Positions 1 to 8,852 of a DNA stretch of 54,848 bases are shown here, piece after piece (the first letter of the stretch is position 1; each line of letters begins with the position of its first letter). The stretch comes from an uncultured virus (IMG/VR IMGVR_UViG_3300027847_001048). Taxonomy: Duplodnaviria > Heunggongvirae > Uroviricota > Caudoviricetes. The stretch is taken from IMG/VR virus record IMGVR_UViG_3300027847_001048; one strand, written 5' to 3'. The notes under the pieces are model-generated. The model did not search any database. It saw only the letters and a list, made by a program, of their open reading frames with translations, and had not been told where the DNA came from. Made by a program: the position numbers and the translations under genes.

Positions 1-11
1 GGACACGAAGC

Positions 12-347
12 GTGTCCCACCAAGAGTCAGAAGCCACCTCCGCTGGGGGATCAAAACCGGATTCAGTACCGGAAGGGCCAACCGAAGAATCTCTGCCAGA
101 GATCCCCTTTCAGGCTGAACCCACGATCCGAGTAGCAAATGAGGTCTACACCTACCGAGTCACCAAGCTCTCATTGGACACGATGCTGACGCTTGCCGAG
201 GTGATTGTGAAAAGCCGTCACCGAGGAACGACCAAGTTGATTTTAGTTGATTCCAATGGCGACCCACTCGATTGGCACTCCGAGACGGTATTCATAAATG
301 AGACGGTATTCCACGTCCTCGCAAAAGAATACGGGTTGGGGCTATGA
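12..347 (+). CDS. hypothetical protein (may begin before the window)
   Basis: First of a run of overlapping ORFs (ATGA junction with the next ORF). Confidence 0.6.
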   Translation: MSHQESEATSAGGSKPDSVPEGPTEESLPEIPFQAEPTIRVANEVYTYRVTKLSLDTMLTLAEVIVKSRHRGTTKLILVDSNGDPLDWHSETVFINETVFHVLAKEYGLGL

Positions 348-610
348 CGAAAGCAGCACAAAACTTCATCGACCAGTACACCCGAAAGCTCTTGATTGAT
401 TGGGCACACCATCAAATCACAAGCTCTTTGGACGACACGATTCCACCACCTCCCGATTTGGAGGTTTGCGGCGCTCACCAATGCGCCTATGGCTACGCTC
501 CTTATGTGGAACATGCCATCTCCAAGGGCTGGCTTTCCAAAGACGGGAAGCGTCTTTTGGCAAAAGGTCTTGCAGTGGCTACTTCCGCTTTGAAGCGAGG
601 TAGTGGATGA
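344..610 (+). CDS. hypothetical protein
   Basis: ATGA overlaps on both sides. Confidence 0.7.
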   Translation: MTKAAQNFIDQYTRKLLIDWAHHQITSSLDDTIPPPPDLEVCGAHQCAYGYAPYVEHAISKGWLSKDGKRLLAKGLAVATSALKRGSG

Positions 611-1374
611 GTGAAAAGAAGGATCTTCTGGGGTACTGCAACGAACACGGGGTGCCACCCCGCCAGTTCATGCAGACGTTCTGCTACCGCTGCCGGAACC
701 ATGAGTGTTCCAATGCGTCGTGGGGAGGGTCTATCTGGCAGTCACGGATGAGGATTCAACAAGACAAGCTCTTGGACAATCCGCATTTTGCTCACCCAGA
801 CAATCCGCAGTTCGACCATATCCGAGAGAGGGACTTCCCTTCTCTGCTTGAAAAAGCCATCCAACTGGAGATTGCTGACAAGCGGGGAGACTGGGAGATT
901 CCCGAGGTAGCTATCACTGACAACAAGGTCATTAGAGCCAAAGGTGCTACCACGGATGCTGTTGACGAGGCAGTAAAAGCACTCGCCAAAGCTCAAGGGA
1001 AGATAGGGCCGAGTCTGCCCGACCGTCAACAAGCCGAGAAGGATGAGTTTCTGGAGCAGACTGTGGAGATGATGGGAGAGGATCTTCCAACCCCACCTGG
1101 GTTCCGCCCAGAATCCGAGGGTGCCGAAGTTGATGATCCAGATGTCGTGAAAACACCCGAAGAAACAAGACCCCCGTCGCCGGTTCGCTCTCTCAAGTTT
1201 TCCAACACGGCTATTCCCGACGAAGGTTTTGTGGTTGGAGGGGGAGAGACCCCTAAAAGGGAGCCGGAATCTGACCCGTGGGCTGTCCCAGAGAACCCGG
1301 GTCCGGTTGTAGACGTGGGAGCCAAAGTTCGCATGGGCCTGGAGGGCATGAAAGATGACAACAAAGATAAATAG
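607..1374 (+). CDS. hypothetical protein, N-terminal Cys cluster and Pro/Glu-rich C-terminus
   Basis: 255-aa ORF coupled to the upstream ORF; C..CxxC..C near the N-terminus. Confidence 0.75.
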   Translation: MSEKKDLLGYCNEHGVPPRQFMQTFCYRCRNHECSNASWGGSIWQSRMRIQQDKLLDNPHFAHPDNPQFDHIRERDFPSLLEKAIQLEIADKRGDWEIPEVAITDNKVIRAKGATTDAVDEAVKALAKAQGKIGPSLPDRQQAEKDEFLEQTVEMMGEDLPTPPGFRPESEGAEVDDPDVVKTPEETRPPSPVRSLKFSNTAIPDEGFVVGGGETPKREPESDPWAVPENPGPVVDVGAKVRMGLEGMKDDNKDK

Positions 1375-2440
1375 TGCTCTGAAATCAATGCTCGATGGCC
1401 TGGGGAAGATGTCCCCAGAGATTCTGGAGATCTTGGACCGTGCAAAAGCGGGGACAATCACCGAAGAAGCTGCGATGGAAGAGATGCTGGCGTTCATGTT
1501 TGCCAATCCCGAACTGGCAAAAGACTTCGAGGCGCTGGCTAATACGGTCACAGCACCCTTGAGGGATGCCCCCATAGCGACCATAGAGCCGCAGTGGTTT
1601 GACAAGATCGAGGAAGCCTTCACAGGCGGGGTTCCTATCTGGGAAGACCGCTCTGCTGAAGGGAAGCTCGCACGCTTCAACCCCTTGTATGAGGCGGCTG
1701 TTACTGAACGGTTGCAGTTTGACGGGGACATCCCTGAACTCCGAACTGGCCCCCTCCCCGAAGGGGCCGATCCTGCGGTGCCTATTGACACCCAGGCACG
1801 TAATCCGACAGCGATTGGCTTGATGTTGGAACAAGCAAGCACCGAGGTGGCTGAAGAGATCCAGGCTCTTTTGCCCGAACACCTCCAACAGACAGAACAG
1901 TTCCTTGAGGCCAAGAGCAAGTGTCTGGACCTGACCGAGCAGCACGTTGCCCTACCACCTGTTCCGCAACCCAAAGGGTACGAACCGGGAGAGCTTCCAG
2001 CTTTGCGCTCTGTGGACGAACCCAGTGGCTCCCAGTTGGCAAAAATCTCCCAAGAACGCCGCCAAGAACTTGTGTGGAAGGCATTGACCACCACACAGGG
2101 GAGAAGGTCTATCCTTCCCATGCTCAAAGCAGTGGTTGAAGAGAAGCTACTGGAGGCAGGTCAACCTATGGTAGCCACAGACGAACGGGTGTTCAAAGGG
2201 GATGTTGTAGCTCACCATGAATGGTCGATGGATATCAGCGGCCCCAAGGCAGGGCAGCCAGATTTCTCTTTCGTGGACGTGGCGATTCAAGCCTTTTCTA
2301 CCTCTTTGCTTCAACAGTTGGGAGAACCCGATTGGGGGCATATGGAACTTGTCCTCGACATCATCCCAATCAACACTGTGAATGTTCGCAGGGTAGGGTG
2401 GGGTGCAAGAGTAAAAACAGCACCCGAGAGTGATGAATGA
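1355..2440 (+). CDS. hypothetical protein
   Basis: 361-aa ORF in the operon. Confidence 0.8.
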   Translation: MTTKINSALKSMLDGLGKMSPEILEILDRAKAGTITEEAAMEEMLAFMFANPELAKDFEALANTVTAPLRDAPIATIEPQWFDKIEEAFTGGVPIWEDRSAEGKLARFNPLYEAAVTERLQFDGDIPELRTGPLPEGADPAVPIDTQARNPTAIGLMLEQASTEVAEEIQALLPEHLQQTEQFLEAKSKCLDLTEQHVALPPVPQPKGYEPGELPALRSVDEPSGSQLAKISQERRQELVWKALTTTQGRRSILPMLKAVVEEKLLEAGQPMVATDERVFKGDVVAHHEWSMDISGPKAGQPDFSFVDVAIQAFSTSLLQQLGEPDWGHMELVLDIIPINTVNVRRVGWGARVKTAPESDE

Positions 2441-2802
2441 GCCGCAACTCCCCGGTTAGTTTGATTACCGAGTTGAGCAACGCAGTCCAATATGCCATGA
2501 CCCATAATCAATGGGTCATCTTGGTCTGCCCGAAGAACTCGAAGGCACTCAATATGTGCAAGGAGATCTTGATTGGGATCGTCCCGAAAGACGTGCCTCA
2601 TTCGGGACGCACCTTCTTGCTCGGGGGTGGGGCTACAATCTCTCTGGCGGTGTCGAGCGATGACGTGTTTGCACCCCCAGGGGAGTACGATGTGCTGTTC
2701 GTAGCCTGGGAGGAAGTCACCGAAAATGAGGTCTTCCTTCACATGGAACGCTGGCGTAAAGACGCTCGAAAGGTTCTAAACTCTTCTTGGGGGTATCGGT
2801 GA
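2437..2802 (+). CDS. hypothetical protein
   Basis: ATGA overlap. Confidence 0.7.
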   Translation: MSRNSPVSLITELSNAVQYAMTHNQWVILVCPKNSKALNMCKEILIGIVPKDVPHSGRTFLLGGGATISLAVSSDDVFAPPGEYDVLFVAWEEVTENEVFLHMERWRKDARKVLNSSWGYR

Positions 2803-2966
2803 ACGACAGGGTGAACACAATCAAGTGGTGGTTCGGTAACATTCTTCATAACTGTATCGCCCATCCATTGATGCCGTTCTTGCCAGAACGCTGGGGAAAT
2901 GCTTTCCATGATTGGACTATCACTCGATTCTGGTCCCCCAACGAGCCCCATGAAGAGACCAAATAG
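2799..2966 (+). CDS. small hypothetical protein (55 aa, HNxIAHP...FHDxT), not in the ORF track
   Basis: GTGA overlap with the upstream stop; fills the operon gap; translated by hand. Confidence 0.6.
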   Translation: MNDRVNTIKWWFGNILHNCIAHPLMPFLPERWGNAFHDWTITRFWSPNEPHEETK

Positions 2967-3366
2967 ACCTGTTTGGACTTTCGTGGTCCGTGGTGGATCT
3001 CTTTTTGCCCTTCAGATGCCCAACCATCCGATTCTGGACCACGACGGAGACCAGACGATCTGGAAGGGGTACGTGACTTCAGATGAGTCTGACTCAATCG
3101 TACAAGCGGTCGAGGAAGCCGGTGCCTCTGTCATTCGGTACATCGAACAGGAAAGCACCGACCAGCATTACGAGCGGCAAGTGATGATGGGAAAGTACCG
3201 TGACCAAACGGTCTTCCAAACTGTCCGGTGCCCCGCCTGCTTCTGGTTTGATCCAATGCTCCCCAGTCAGTGTGGTCTTGACGACTGGGAACCCGTGGTC
3301 ATCAAAGCAGCTTTGACGAATCCCACGGCACCTTCAGATCGAGAGAAGTGCCCTCTCAATAAGTAA
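2950..3366 (+). CDS. hypothetical protein with C-terminal Cys cluster
   Basis: Start moved to ATG 2950 (MKRPNRP) because of the upstream small ORF; CPAC..C..C. Confidence 0.65.
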   Translation: MKRPNRPVWTFVVRGGSLFALQMPNHPILDHDGDQTIWKGYVTSDESDSIVQAVEEAGASVIRYIEQESTDQHYERQVMMGKYRDQTVFQTVRCPACFWFDPMLPSQCGLDDWEPVVIKAALTNPTAPSDREKCPLNK

Positions 3367-3374
3367 GCTGTCGT

Positions 3375-3403
3375 TATCTGATTTATAGCCCTCGTCAGGT
3401 AGA
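3375..3403 (+). promoter_or_regulatory. class II promoter-like motif
   Basis: TA-tctgatt-TAT-agccctcgtcag-GTAGA upstream of ORF 3421. Confidence 0.6.
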
Positions 3404-3420
3404 CATGGGAGAGGTGAGCT

Positions 3421-3792
3421 ATGCGAGCGATCACAAGTCTTGAAGAGCTATCAAAAGCGAGCCTTGCCGAGCGCAAAGAGGCTCACGCTGCTGCGGCTCA
3501 ATCCAAGATTCTTCAGCGGGTAGGCAAGCAAGCCTGGGCCAAGCTCTGTGATGAGTTCGGTGAGCCCGAGATCGCCGTCAAGGTAGGTGCTGTGGTTGCG
3601 ACCCTCAAAGCAGGGGCCGACCAAAAGTTCGGCACCGAAGACGATGAGGTCGTAATCTCCAAGCCTGCCACCCTTCCTTATGCGAAGATGCTCAAGTCCC
3701 AACTGATGGAAATGTGTGAAGCCCGTAGCCTCCCCGTGGTGGGGAACGCTTCGGCATTGATTGAAAGGTTGGAGAAATCCGACCGTGACTAA
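3421..3792 (+). CDS. protein with C-terminal SAP-like DNA-binding motif
   Basis: MLKSQLMEMCEARSLPVVGNASALIERL fits the SAP pattern; GAGGTG RBS. Confidence 0.65.
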   Translation: MRAITSLEELSKASLAERKEAHAAAAQSKILQRVGKQAWAKLCDEFGEPEIAVKVGAVVATLKAGADQKFGTEDDEVVISKPATLPYAKMLKSQLMEMCEARSLPVVGNASALIERLEKSDRD

Positions 3793-3829
3793 CCTTTAGG
3801 TTTATTGAAACACCGAGGGAGAGAAGATA

Positions 3830-4771
3830 ATGAATGTCCTACTGACCAAAATGGTGCGTTTGGCGCACACAACACCGAGCCCTAAAGTTCGCCATAGCAT
3901 CCTTGCGGAGTTGCGTGAGCTTGGGGTTCTTCCCAAGCTGGCAGTTTCCGACAAGGAAGCCATCGCCCAATCGACCCAGGACTTCTACGACTGGGTTTTC
4001 TCGTCCCGACAGGGTTCGCCTCTGTCCCCGGGCGAGGTCGTCAAGATCGCCAAGTCGGTAGGCGTGCCAGAGCTTCCCCCGATGGTCCGTCGCAAAGGCG
4101 ACCGTTACTCATCGGGCGACCAAGTGGCACTCGTTACCCTCCGTGGTAACTCCCGATTCAACGCCAGTGATCCAAAGTGGTCAGGTGAAGAGGGTGGCCC
4201 TGGTGGTCCCGTGATTCAGTTGGAGCCTTTCTTCGGTCAGACCGGACAGGTCGTCAAGACCGATTCCAAGGGCTGCACCGTGAAGTGGGGAAGTCAGATG
4301 GCTTACCTTCCTTGGGGCCAGAAGTCTCGGGGTATCCCCCTCTACAAGCACATGCCCAAGTTCAACTTCGTGAACAAGGGACCGCAGCTTGAGATGATCT
4401 ATATTCGAGGGCAGAAGGGTCTGTCCGAAGAGCAGAAGGTTGTTGCGACCAACTATGTCGGTCGTGCCAAGGGCAGTGAGCCCCGTGCCGAAATGCTCCA
4501 GTATTACACCGGGTACGGCCATGCTCTTCGGCAGGGCAAGAACGGATACTATTTGCAGATGACGCCGCAGCAGCGATACAACGTAGACCCGATGCAAGTA
4601 GACCCGCAGACGAACGGCCCGAATGGAGAAATCCTGGTCAAAGGCGTGCAGTGGCGGAGTTTCAACCCCGCCTCTGGCGAGTGCCTCTACATTGGACGGC
4701 TCGGCTCTCGACCAAGTGGTTGGGAAAAGCAGTTTGCGGCAATCAAAGCACAGGCGCTTCAACAGCCCTAA
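3830..4771 (+). CDS. hypothetical protein with degenerate tag B at the N-terminus
   Basis: KMVRLAHTTPSPKVRHSILAELR...KLA; GGAG RBS. Confidence 0.8.
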   Translation: MNVLLTKMVRLAHTTPSPKVRHSILAELRELGVLPKLAVSDKEAIAQSTQDFYDWVFSSRQGSPLSPGEVVKIAKSVGVPELPPMVRRKGDRYSSGDQVALVTLRGNSRFNASDPKWSGEEGGPGGPVIQLEPFFGQTGQVVKTDSKGCTVKWGSQMAYLPWGQKSRGIPLYKHMPKFNFVNKGPQLEMIYIRGQKGLSEEQKVVATNYVGRAKGSEPRAEMLQYYTGYGHALRQGKNGYYLQMTPQQRYNVDPMQVDPQTNGPNGEILVKGVQWRSFNPASGECLYIGRLGSRPSGWEKQFAAIKAQALQQP

Positions 4772-4821
4772 CCGCTAACGTCAGCCGCCGTGTAGGCATA
4801 GGTTTCGCTACCTGCTGACCA

Positions 4822-4866
4822 GGGGGTCGGGATAGTTTGATGTAACGTCAAACTATCCCGCCCCCC
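4822..4866. terminator. probable bidirectional terminator hairpin
   Basis: CGGGATAGTTTGATG-taa-CGTCAAACTATCCCG stem between convergent genes. Confidence 0.75.
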
Positions 4867-4869
4867 GCT

Positions 4870-5010
4870 TTATTCAGATGCAGGTTCGTAGCCCTTGGGG
4901 TCAGTTGGCTTGTTGGCCTTCTTGACCGGAGCCTTGACCATCGTCTTCTTCTGGGCGGCTTTCACCACTTTCTTTGCTCGCCGCTTCCGCTTCTCTCGGC
5001 CTTTGCCCAT
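4870..5010 (-). CDS. small basic Lys-rich protein (46 aa)
   Basis: MGKGREKRKRRAKK...; start overlaps the exonuclease stop (TAATG). Confidence 0.55.
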   Translation of the reverse strand: MGKGREKRKRRAKKVVKAAQKKTMVKAPVKKANKPTDPKGYEPASE

Positions 5011-5825
5011 TAGTTGTGCCGTCCTCGTAATGCAGTGTTGTTGCGCTCGTTGCCAATGCGCTCGGCGCACACGTTGTAAAGCTCCCTTGGGTTGTAATCC
5101 AAGCGAGGGTTCTCGTCACGGATCTGGTTCTGACAGTCCATGATATCGCTGATGAAGCGGTCGTTGGGTTGCACGTAGAGATAATACCAACCTACGGAGC
5201 ACCCAACAAAGAGCGTAAGGGCAGTGAGGGGTCCGATGATTCGGTCCCAGGCTATGCCACGTTGACGGAGCTTGTATTGCATCTTCCACACCCACCGCTT
5301 CAACGGGGTCGCCCGAATGAGCTTGTGATAAACATACCGAGTGTCCCTGACATCTTGCATCGCCGTGTGGGCGTTCTCGGCTGACATCCCGAAAAACTCT
5401 CGGATGGTGTCGAGCTTGCGGTTTTTGATGCCGCAGGGGGTCAGGTGTTCATGCGCCAGCGTCACCGTGTCAACGACATGGTGCGAGAGGCGGGGCTCGA
5501 TGCCAGCCTCTTTGAGCATGGCTTCGATGAAGCGAATGTCGAACTTCGGGTTATGCCCGATGATGGTGCCGCTGCGTAGCTTCTCGGCCACGATGGGGGC
5601 GACCTCATCGAGATCTGGTGCATCGTCCCAGGCTTCGGGGTTGGCAGCGTAGCCGTTGATCTCCAACGCCTTGGGGTGCGCTTCCTCGATGCGACGGGGC
5701 TTGACCTTCGTGGACCATTCCTCGATCTCCCCCGAGGGGGTCTCGGTGAGGATGGCGATCTCGATCACCTCATGGGTGCCCGCTTTGAGGCCAGTCGTTT
5801 CGGTGTCAATGATAAGCAGATTCAT
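5010..5825 (-). CDS. DEDDh 3'-5' exonuclease (DnaQ/RNase T family) with C-terminal transmembrane segment
   Basis: IIDTETTGL, GHNPKFD, VVDT and HTAMQD motifs; hydrophobic stretch near the C-terminus. Confidence 0.9.
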   Translation of the reverse strand: MNLLIIDTETTGLKAGTHEVIEIAILTETPSGEIEEWSTKVKPRRIEEAHPKALEINGYAANPEAWDDAPDLDEVAPIVAEKLRSGTIIGHNPKFDIRFIEAMLKEAGIEPRLSHHVVDTVTLAHEHLTPCGIKNRKLDTIREFFGMSAENAHTAMQDVRDTRYVYHKLIRATPLKRWVWKMQYKLRQRGIAWDRIIGPLTALTLFVGCSVGWYYLYVQPNDRFISDIMDCQNQIRDENPRLDYNPRELYNVCAERIGNERNNTALRGRHN

Positions 5826-5844
5826 ACTTCCCTCCCTTCACAAT

Positions 5845-5871
5845 GCTTACCCCCGACAATCGGAAAGTAAC
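5845..5871 (-). promoter_or_regulatory. class I promoter-like motif
   Basis: GTTACTTT..GGTAAGC upstream of the exonuclease RBS. Confidence 0.75.
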
Positions 5872-5893
5872 CGCCTTTACTTGCTACTTGAGA

Positions 5894-6397
5894 CTACCCC
5901 CAGGATATCTCAAAGCTGTTTTCCTGGGCGTAGACCGCCAACTCATTCAGGGCTTCCAGGCGGCGAAGGGTCTGGGCGTCGGTGTTGCCGCCCTCGATGA
6001 CACCGCAGCCACGGCGCTCGATGGTCGAGATACCATCACGCTCGACCACGGCAGTACCGAGGTGACCACCGGGAAGCTCATAGCCGTCCCGAAGGGCGCT
6101 GCTACGGTCGCTATTGCGAGCCACGAAGAGACGCTGACGCATCGTAGCGGCATCACAGGAACCACAGAGGTACTCCGCATCCATGCCAAGCAGTTGAAGG
6201 ACTGCACGGGCGTTGGTGTTGGCGAAGTTGGGGTCGGGAGACTCCGACTCCATGCGAGTGCCGTCGCAGAAAGGGGTACAACAACCACCAAGCTCGTTCT
6301 CACGGGCTTCCTCGCCGACCTCATCACGCTCCTGCACACAGTACGGGCAGGACACTTTGTTTTGAGGGGCATCGGGGCACCAGAAACTCACGCTCAT
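5894..6397 (-). CDS. hypothetical protein
   Basis: AAGGAG RBS; downstream of a class I motif. Confidence 0.75.
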   Translation of the reverse strand: MSVSFWCPDAPQNKVSCPYCVQERDEVGEEARENELGGCCTPFCDGTRMESESPDPNFANTNARAVLQLLGMDAEYLCGSCDAATMRQRLFVARNSDRSSALRDGYELPGGHLGTAVVERDGISTIERRGCGVIEGGNTDAQTLRRLEALNELAVYAQENSFEISWG

Positions 6398-6490
6398 CGG
6401 TCTCTCCTTGATATGACGTAGCTGTTAGATCGAACGCAGCTACTTCGCCCTGCGGGACAGTCTCCTGGGAGCACTTCCCGCCCTCACAAC

Positions 6491-6517
6491 GCCTACCTTG
6501 ACGGATCGAAAGGTAAC
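6491..6517 (-). promoter_or_regulatory. class I promoter-like motif
   Basis: GTTACCTT..GGTAGGC; identical to the copy at 53498-53524. Confidence 0.75.
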
Positions 6518-6553
6518 GAGAAAAGTTTACGCAGTAAGAAAGTATCATTCCCC

Positions 6554-6580
6554 GTTACTTTCCGTCAGCCGGGGGTAGAC
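6554..6580 (+). promoter_or_regulatory. class I promoter-like motif
   Basis: GTTACTTT..GGTAGAC. Confidence 0.75.
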
Positions 6581-6622
6581 GTTGTGTAAGACGAGAGAAC
6601 ACAGACTGAAAGAGAGGACGTG

Positions 6623-6781
6623 ATGGACGAGGACGAGTGGGCACGGAGAGTCTGTTTGGGCACCGAGGGTGCAGAGGTCGCCACTTGGGGCGGCATGGAC
6701 GAGGACGAGGCCGACGAGGGCTTTGACTTCGGAGAGGCCGATACCTGCACGGGGTTCCTGGGCGACGTAGACGATATGTAG
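6623..6781 (+). CDS. small acidic protein (52 aa), not in the ORF track
   Basis: MDEDEWARRVC...; GAGGA RBS; lies between two class I motifs. Confidence 0.55.
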   Translation: MDEDEWARRVCLGTEGAEVATWGGMDEDEADEGFDFGEADTCTGFLGDVDDM

Positions 6782-6795
6782 CCCCACGTTTTTCA

Positions 6796-6822
6796 GTTAC
6801 TTTTTGACCCGTGAGGGTAGGC
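6796..6822 (+). promoter_or_regulatory. class I promoter-like motif (leaderless gene follows)
   Basis: GTTACTTT..GGTAGGC, with ATG 5 nt downstream. Confidence 0.7.
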
Positions 6823-6827
6823 AGTAC

Positions 6828-6989
6828 ATGAGCAAGGACGCACACAAACGACACATCGAGGGCTTTCGAGGCCAGGGGCATGTCTGCTCCTGCTGCCGGG
6901 AGGCCACCAAGAAGGTTGCGACCCGCCTTGCTCGACACCGCCTCAAGGCTGCTGACCGCAAGGCTTTCGCCAATCTGGAGACCACATGA
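6828..6989 (+). CDS. small basic CxCC protein
   Basis: MSKDAHKRH..VCSCCR; ATGA overlap with the next ORF. Confidence 0.6.
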   Translation: MSKDAHKRHIEGFRGQGHVCSCCREATKKVATRLARHRLKAADRKAFANLETT

Positions 6990-7255
6990 GATTCACGAAG
7001 ACCCCAGGTGCCACGATGCTACAAAGCGTCGAAGACGAGTGCATGGGGCTCGTCACGGATCAGCGTATGGTCCCTGATGACGTAACGCTCCCGCCAGAAC
7101 TTGGTGGAGGCATCGTGCGTGTGCTGGAAGGCTTTACGGCCCCGTGCCCCGTGTGTCAGACCTCTGCTTGGCACTTGTCCTTGGAAGATTCACTTGGCGT
7201 AGCCGAGTGTGCTTGCCAGGGCTTTCTCTGGTATCGACGGAGAGAGGCTGGATAA
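6986..7255 (+). CDS. hypothetical Zn-ribbon-like protein
   Basis: CPVC..CAC; GGAG RBS. Confidence 0.65.
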   Translation: MRFTKTPGATMLQSVEDECMGLVTDQRMVPDDVTLPPELGGGIVRVLEGFTAPCPVCQTSAWHLSLEDSLGVAECACQGFLWYRRREAG

Positions 7256-7271
7256 AAGATCAAGACACCCG

Positions 7272-7298
7272 GTTACTTTCCAAAGTCGCAGGGTAAGC
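7272..7298 (+). promoter_or_regulatory. class I promoter-like motif upstream of the large ncRNA
   Basis: GTTACTTT..GGTAAGC. Confidence 0.75.
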
Positions 7299-7303
7299 AT
7301 TGT

Positions 7304-8010
7304 GGAACGAGAGGCTGCAACCCAGTTGTTGTCTCTACTGCTCTCTGAAAATCAGGTTTTGCAACTCTTGGTGCTTGCACCAAGATAAGCGAATGACCCT
7401 TGCTGTCGGGTCACAAAACCTTCGTACCCTTGCCGGGTCGTTGGCTCCTACGGGAGATAGTCAGAACCCTGTCCGAGAAGGGGGTGTTCACGCACCCTGC
7501 CGCTTGGCTGTGAAGGGGGATGAGTTATGGGGCGTGGAAACCCCGAGAATCATCCAGTGACCGGAGGCATGAGCCGACATTCCACTGTCGGAATACTGCC
7601 GAAGGTATCCTCGGACTTGCTGGTTCATCGGGGAAACGGTTGGAGGGCAATAACCAAAACGAAAGTCTTGGGCAGGGGTCGTACCCCAGAATCGGACTGC
7701 TGAATGCAGAAGCCTCTCTTGTCGCTGGAGCAATCTGGTGGCAGTCCCGAAAGGGGGTAGCTGGCGATTTTCCCAAGAGATCAAAAGTTATCGTGTCGAG
7801 GGCTGGGGAAGGTACACCCTACGTCCTGAAGCACAGAATGTAGGCAGCAGTAATACGTGCTGTTCCGTGGTAGGAGACTGCCGAGAACAGGGAGGAACGC
7901 CGTGAACCGCTTTACTGGCGGGTGTTCACACTCCTAACCCGAGAGGGGACAGGGCCAAAAGCCTTGGAGGTCACGGTTGGAGACAGGCGCATGTGTGCTT
8001 GTTTGTCTCT
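7304..8010 (+). ncRNA. large ornate ncRNA, ROOL-like (GOLLD/ROOL class)
   Basis: No credible ORF; bounded by promoter and terminator; long-range helix 7309-7319/7705-7718; CUUG, UACG, GAAA, GCAA and GAGA tetraloop hairpins; blocks resemble ROOL as I recall it (not searched). Confidence 0.75.
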
Positions 8011-8013
8011 TTT

Positions 8014-8052
8014 GGGCGGGTCATCCCTAAAGGGTGGCCCGCCCTCTTTTTT
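8014..8052 (+). terminator. Rho-independent terminator
   Basis: GGGCGGGTCATCC-ctaaa-GGGTGGCCCGCCC followed by TCTTTTTT. Confidence 0.85.
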
Positions 8053-8208
8053 GCCTGCGACTAAACTTCCCCCCATATTCGGCAGTCCGAAGAAAGCCGG
8101 TGAGTATCCAGCCTATTGAATCCGTATATATAATAGGACGATGGTACACCGATAGACTTATTTCGGATGTGTTCGATGGTACTCCACCCTGACAGGAGGC
8201 CCAGCATC

Positions 8209-8397
8209 ATGTGTCCTTACGCCCAAGTACCAATCACTCTTATCATTGAAGAGGAACGCCGTAAGCAACGGGAACGCCAAGAGCGTCCGTCTCTTCAACT
8301 ACCGATCCCTTCAAGAGCACCCTGCTACGGAGAACCTCCCCAGGAAGAACCCGAAGAGCCTCGACGGGGGGTGATCATCATCGATCTCTCTATCTAA
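8209..8397 (+). CDS. small protein of a type common in Myxococcota (..IIEEERR..RPSLQLP..RGVIIIDL)
   Basis: AGGAGG RBS before ATG 8209; pattern recognised from memory. Confidence 0.65.
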   Translation: MCPYAQVPITLIIEEERRKQRERQERPSLQLPIPSRAPCYGEPPQEEPEEPRRGVIIIDLSI

Positions 8398-8512
8398 TAT
8401 CAGAGAGGTGCCAAAAGCTGTCCGTTAGTGTCAGATTTAGGGGACACTAACTGTCAGGAGATTTTTCGGATCATCGCTGACGCTCACGACGCTTCGATCC
8501 AAAAATAAACTG

Positions 8513-8842
8513 TCATAAGTTTCTTCTGACATGCTCTACATCAAGATGGGGTGCCCGTATCGGAACAACTGGTGGGGGAAAGACCCAACCCTTGTTCGTG
8601 ACCTCGGTTACCGTGATGTAGTAGTTCGACTCTGCCCCTGGATACTCCGCATTGACGATAATGCGTCTCACCCGTTCCGCATCAGAACGATGTAGGTATC
8701 CGTACTGGATACTCCGCTCTCCTGCGAACAAGCAGTAACTATCACCAAGGCGTTTACCCTGGTGTTGTTCTGCCACGTCATCGGCCCACTGATCCAAGGT
8801 CGGGTTTCGGTCCCCGACATAACCAACCATGAAGTGATACAT
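8513..8842 (-). CDS. hypothetical protein
   Basis: 109-aa ORF downstream of the amidase. Confidence 0.65.
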   Translation of the reverse strand: MYHFMVGYVGDRNPTLDQWADDVAEQHQGKRLGDSYCLFAGERSIQYGYLHRSDAERVRRIIVNAEYPGAESNYYITVTEVTNKGWVFPPPVVPIRAPHLDVEHVRRNL

Positions 8843-8852
8843 TGTTCTCTGG

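Noticed and set aside
7304..8010. ncRNA as RNase P, tmRNA or a group I/II intron; short ORFs called in this region
   Set aside because: There is no GAGGAAAGUCC, no tRNA-like ends, no domain V and no interrupted gene. The GAUAGUC block lacks an upstream P7 partner. The ORFs lack RBSs and protein-like composition.
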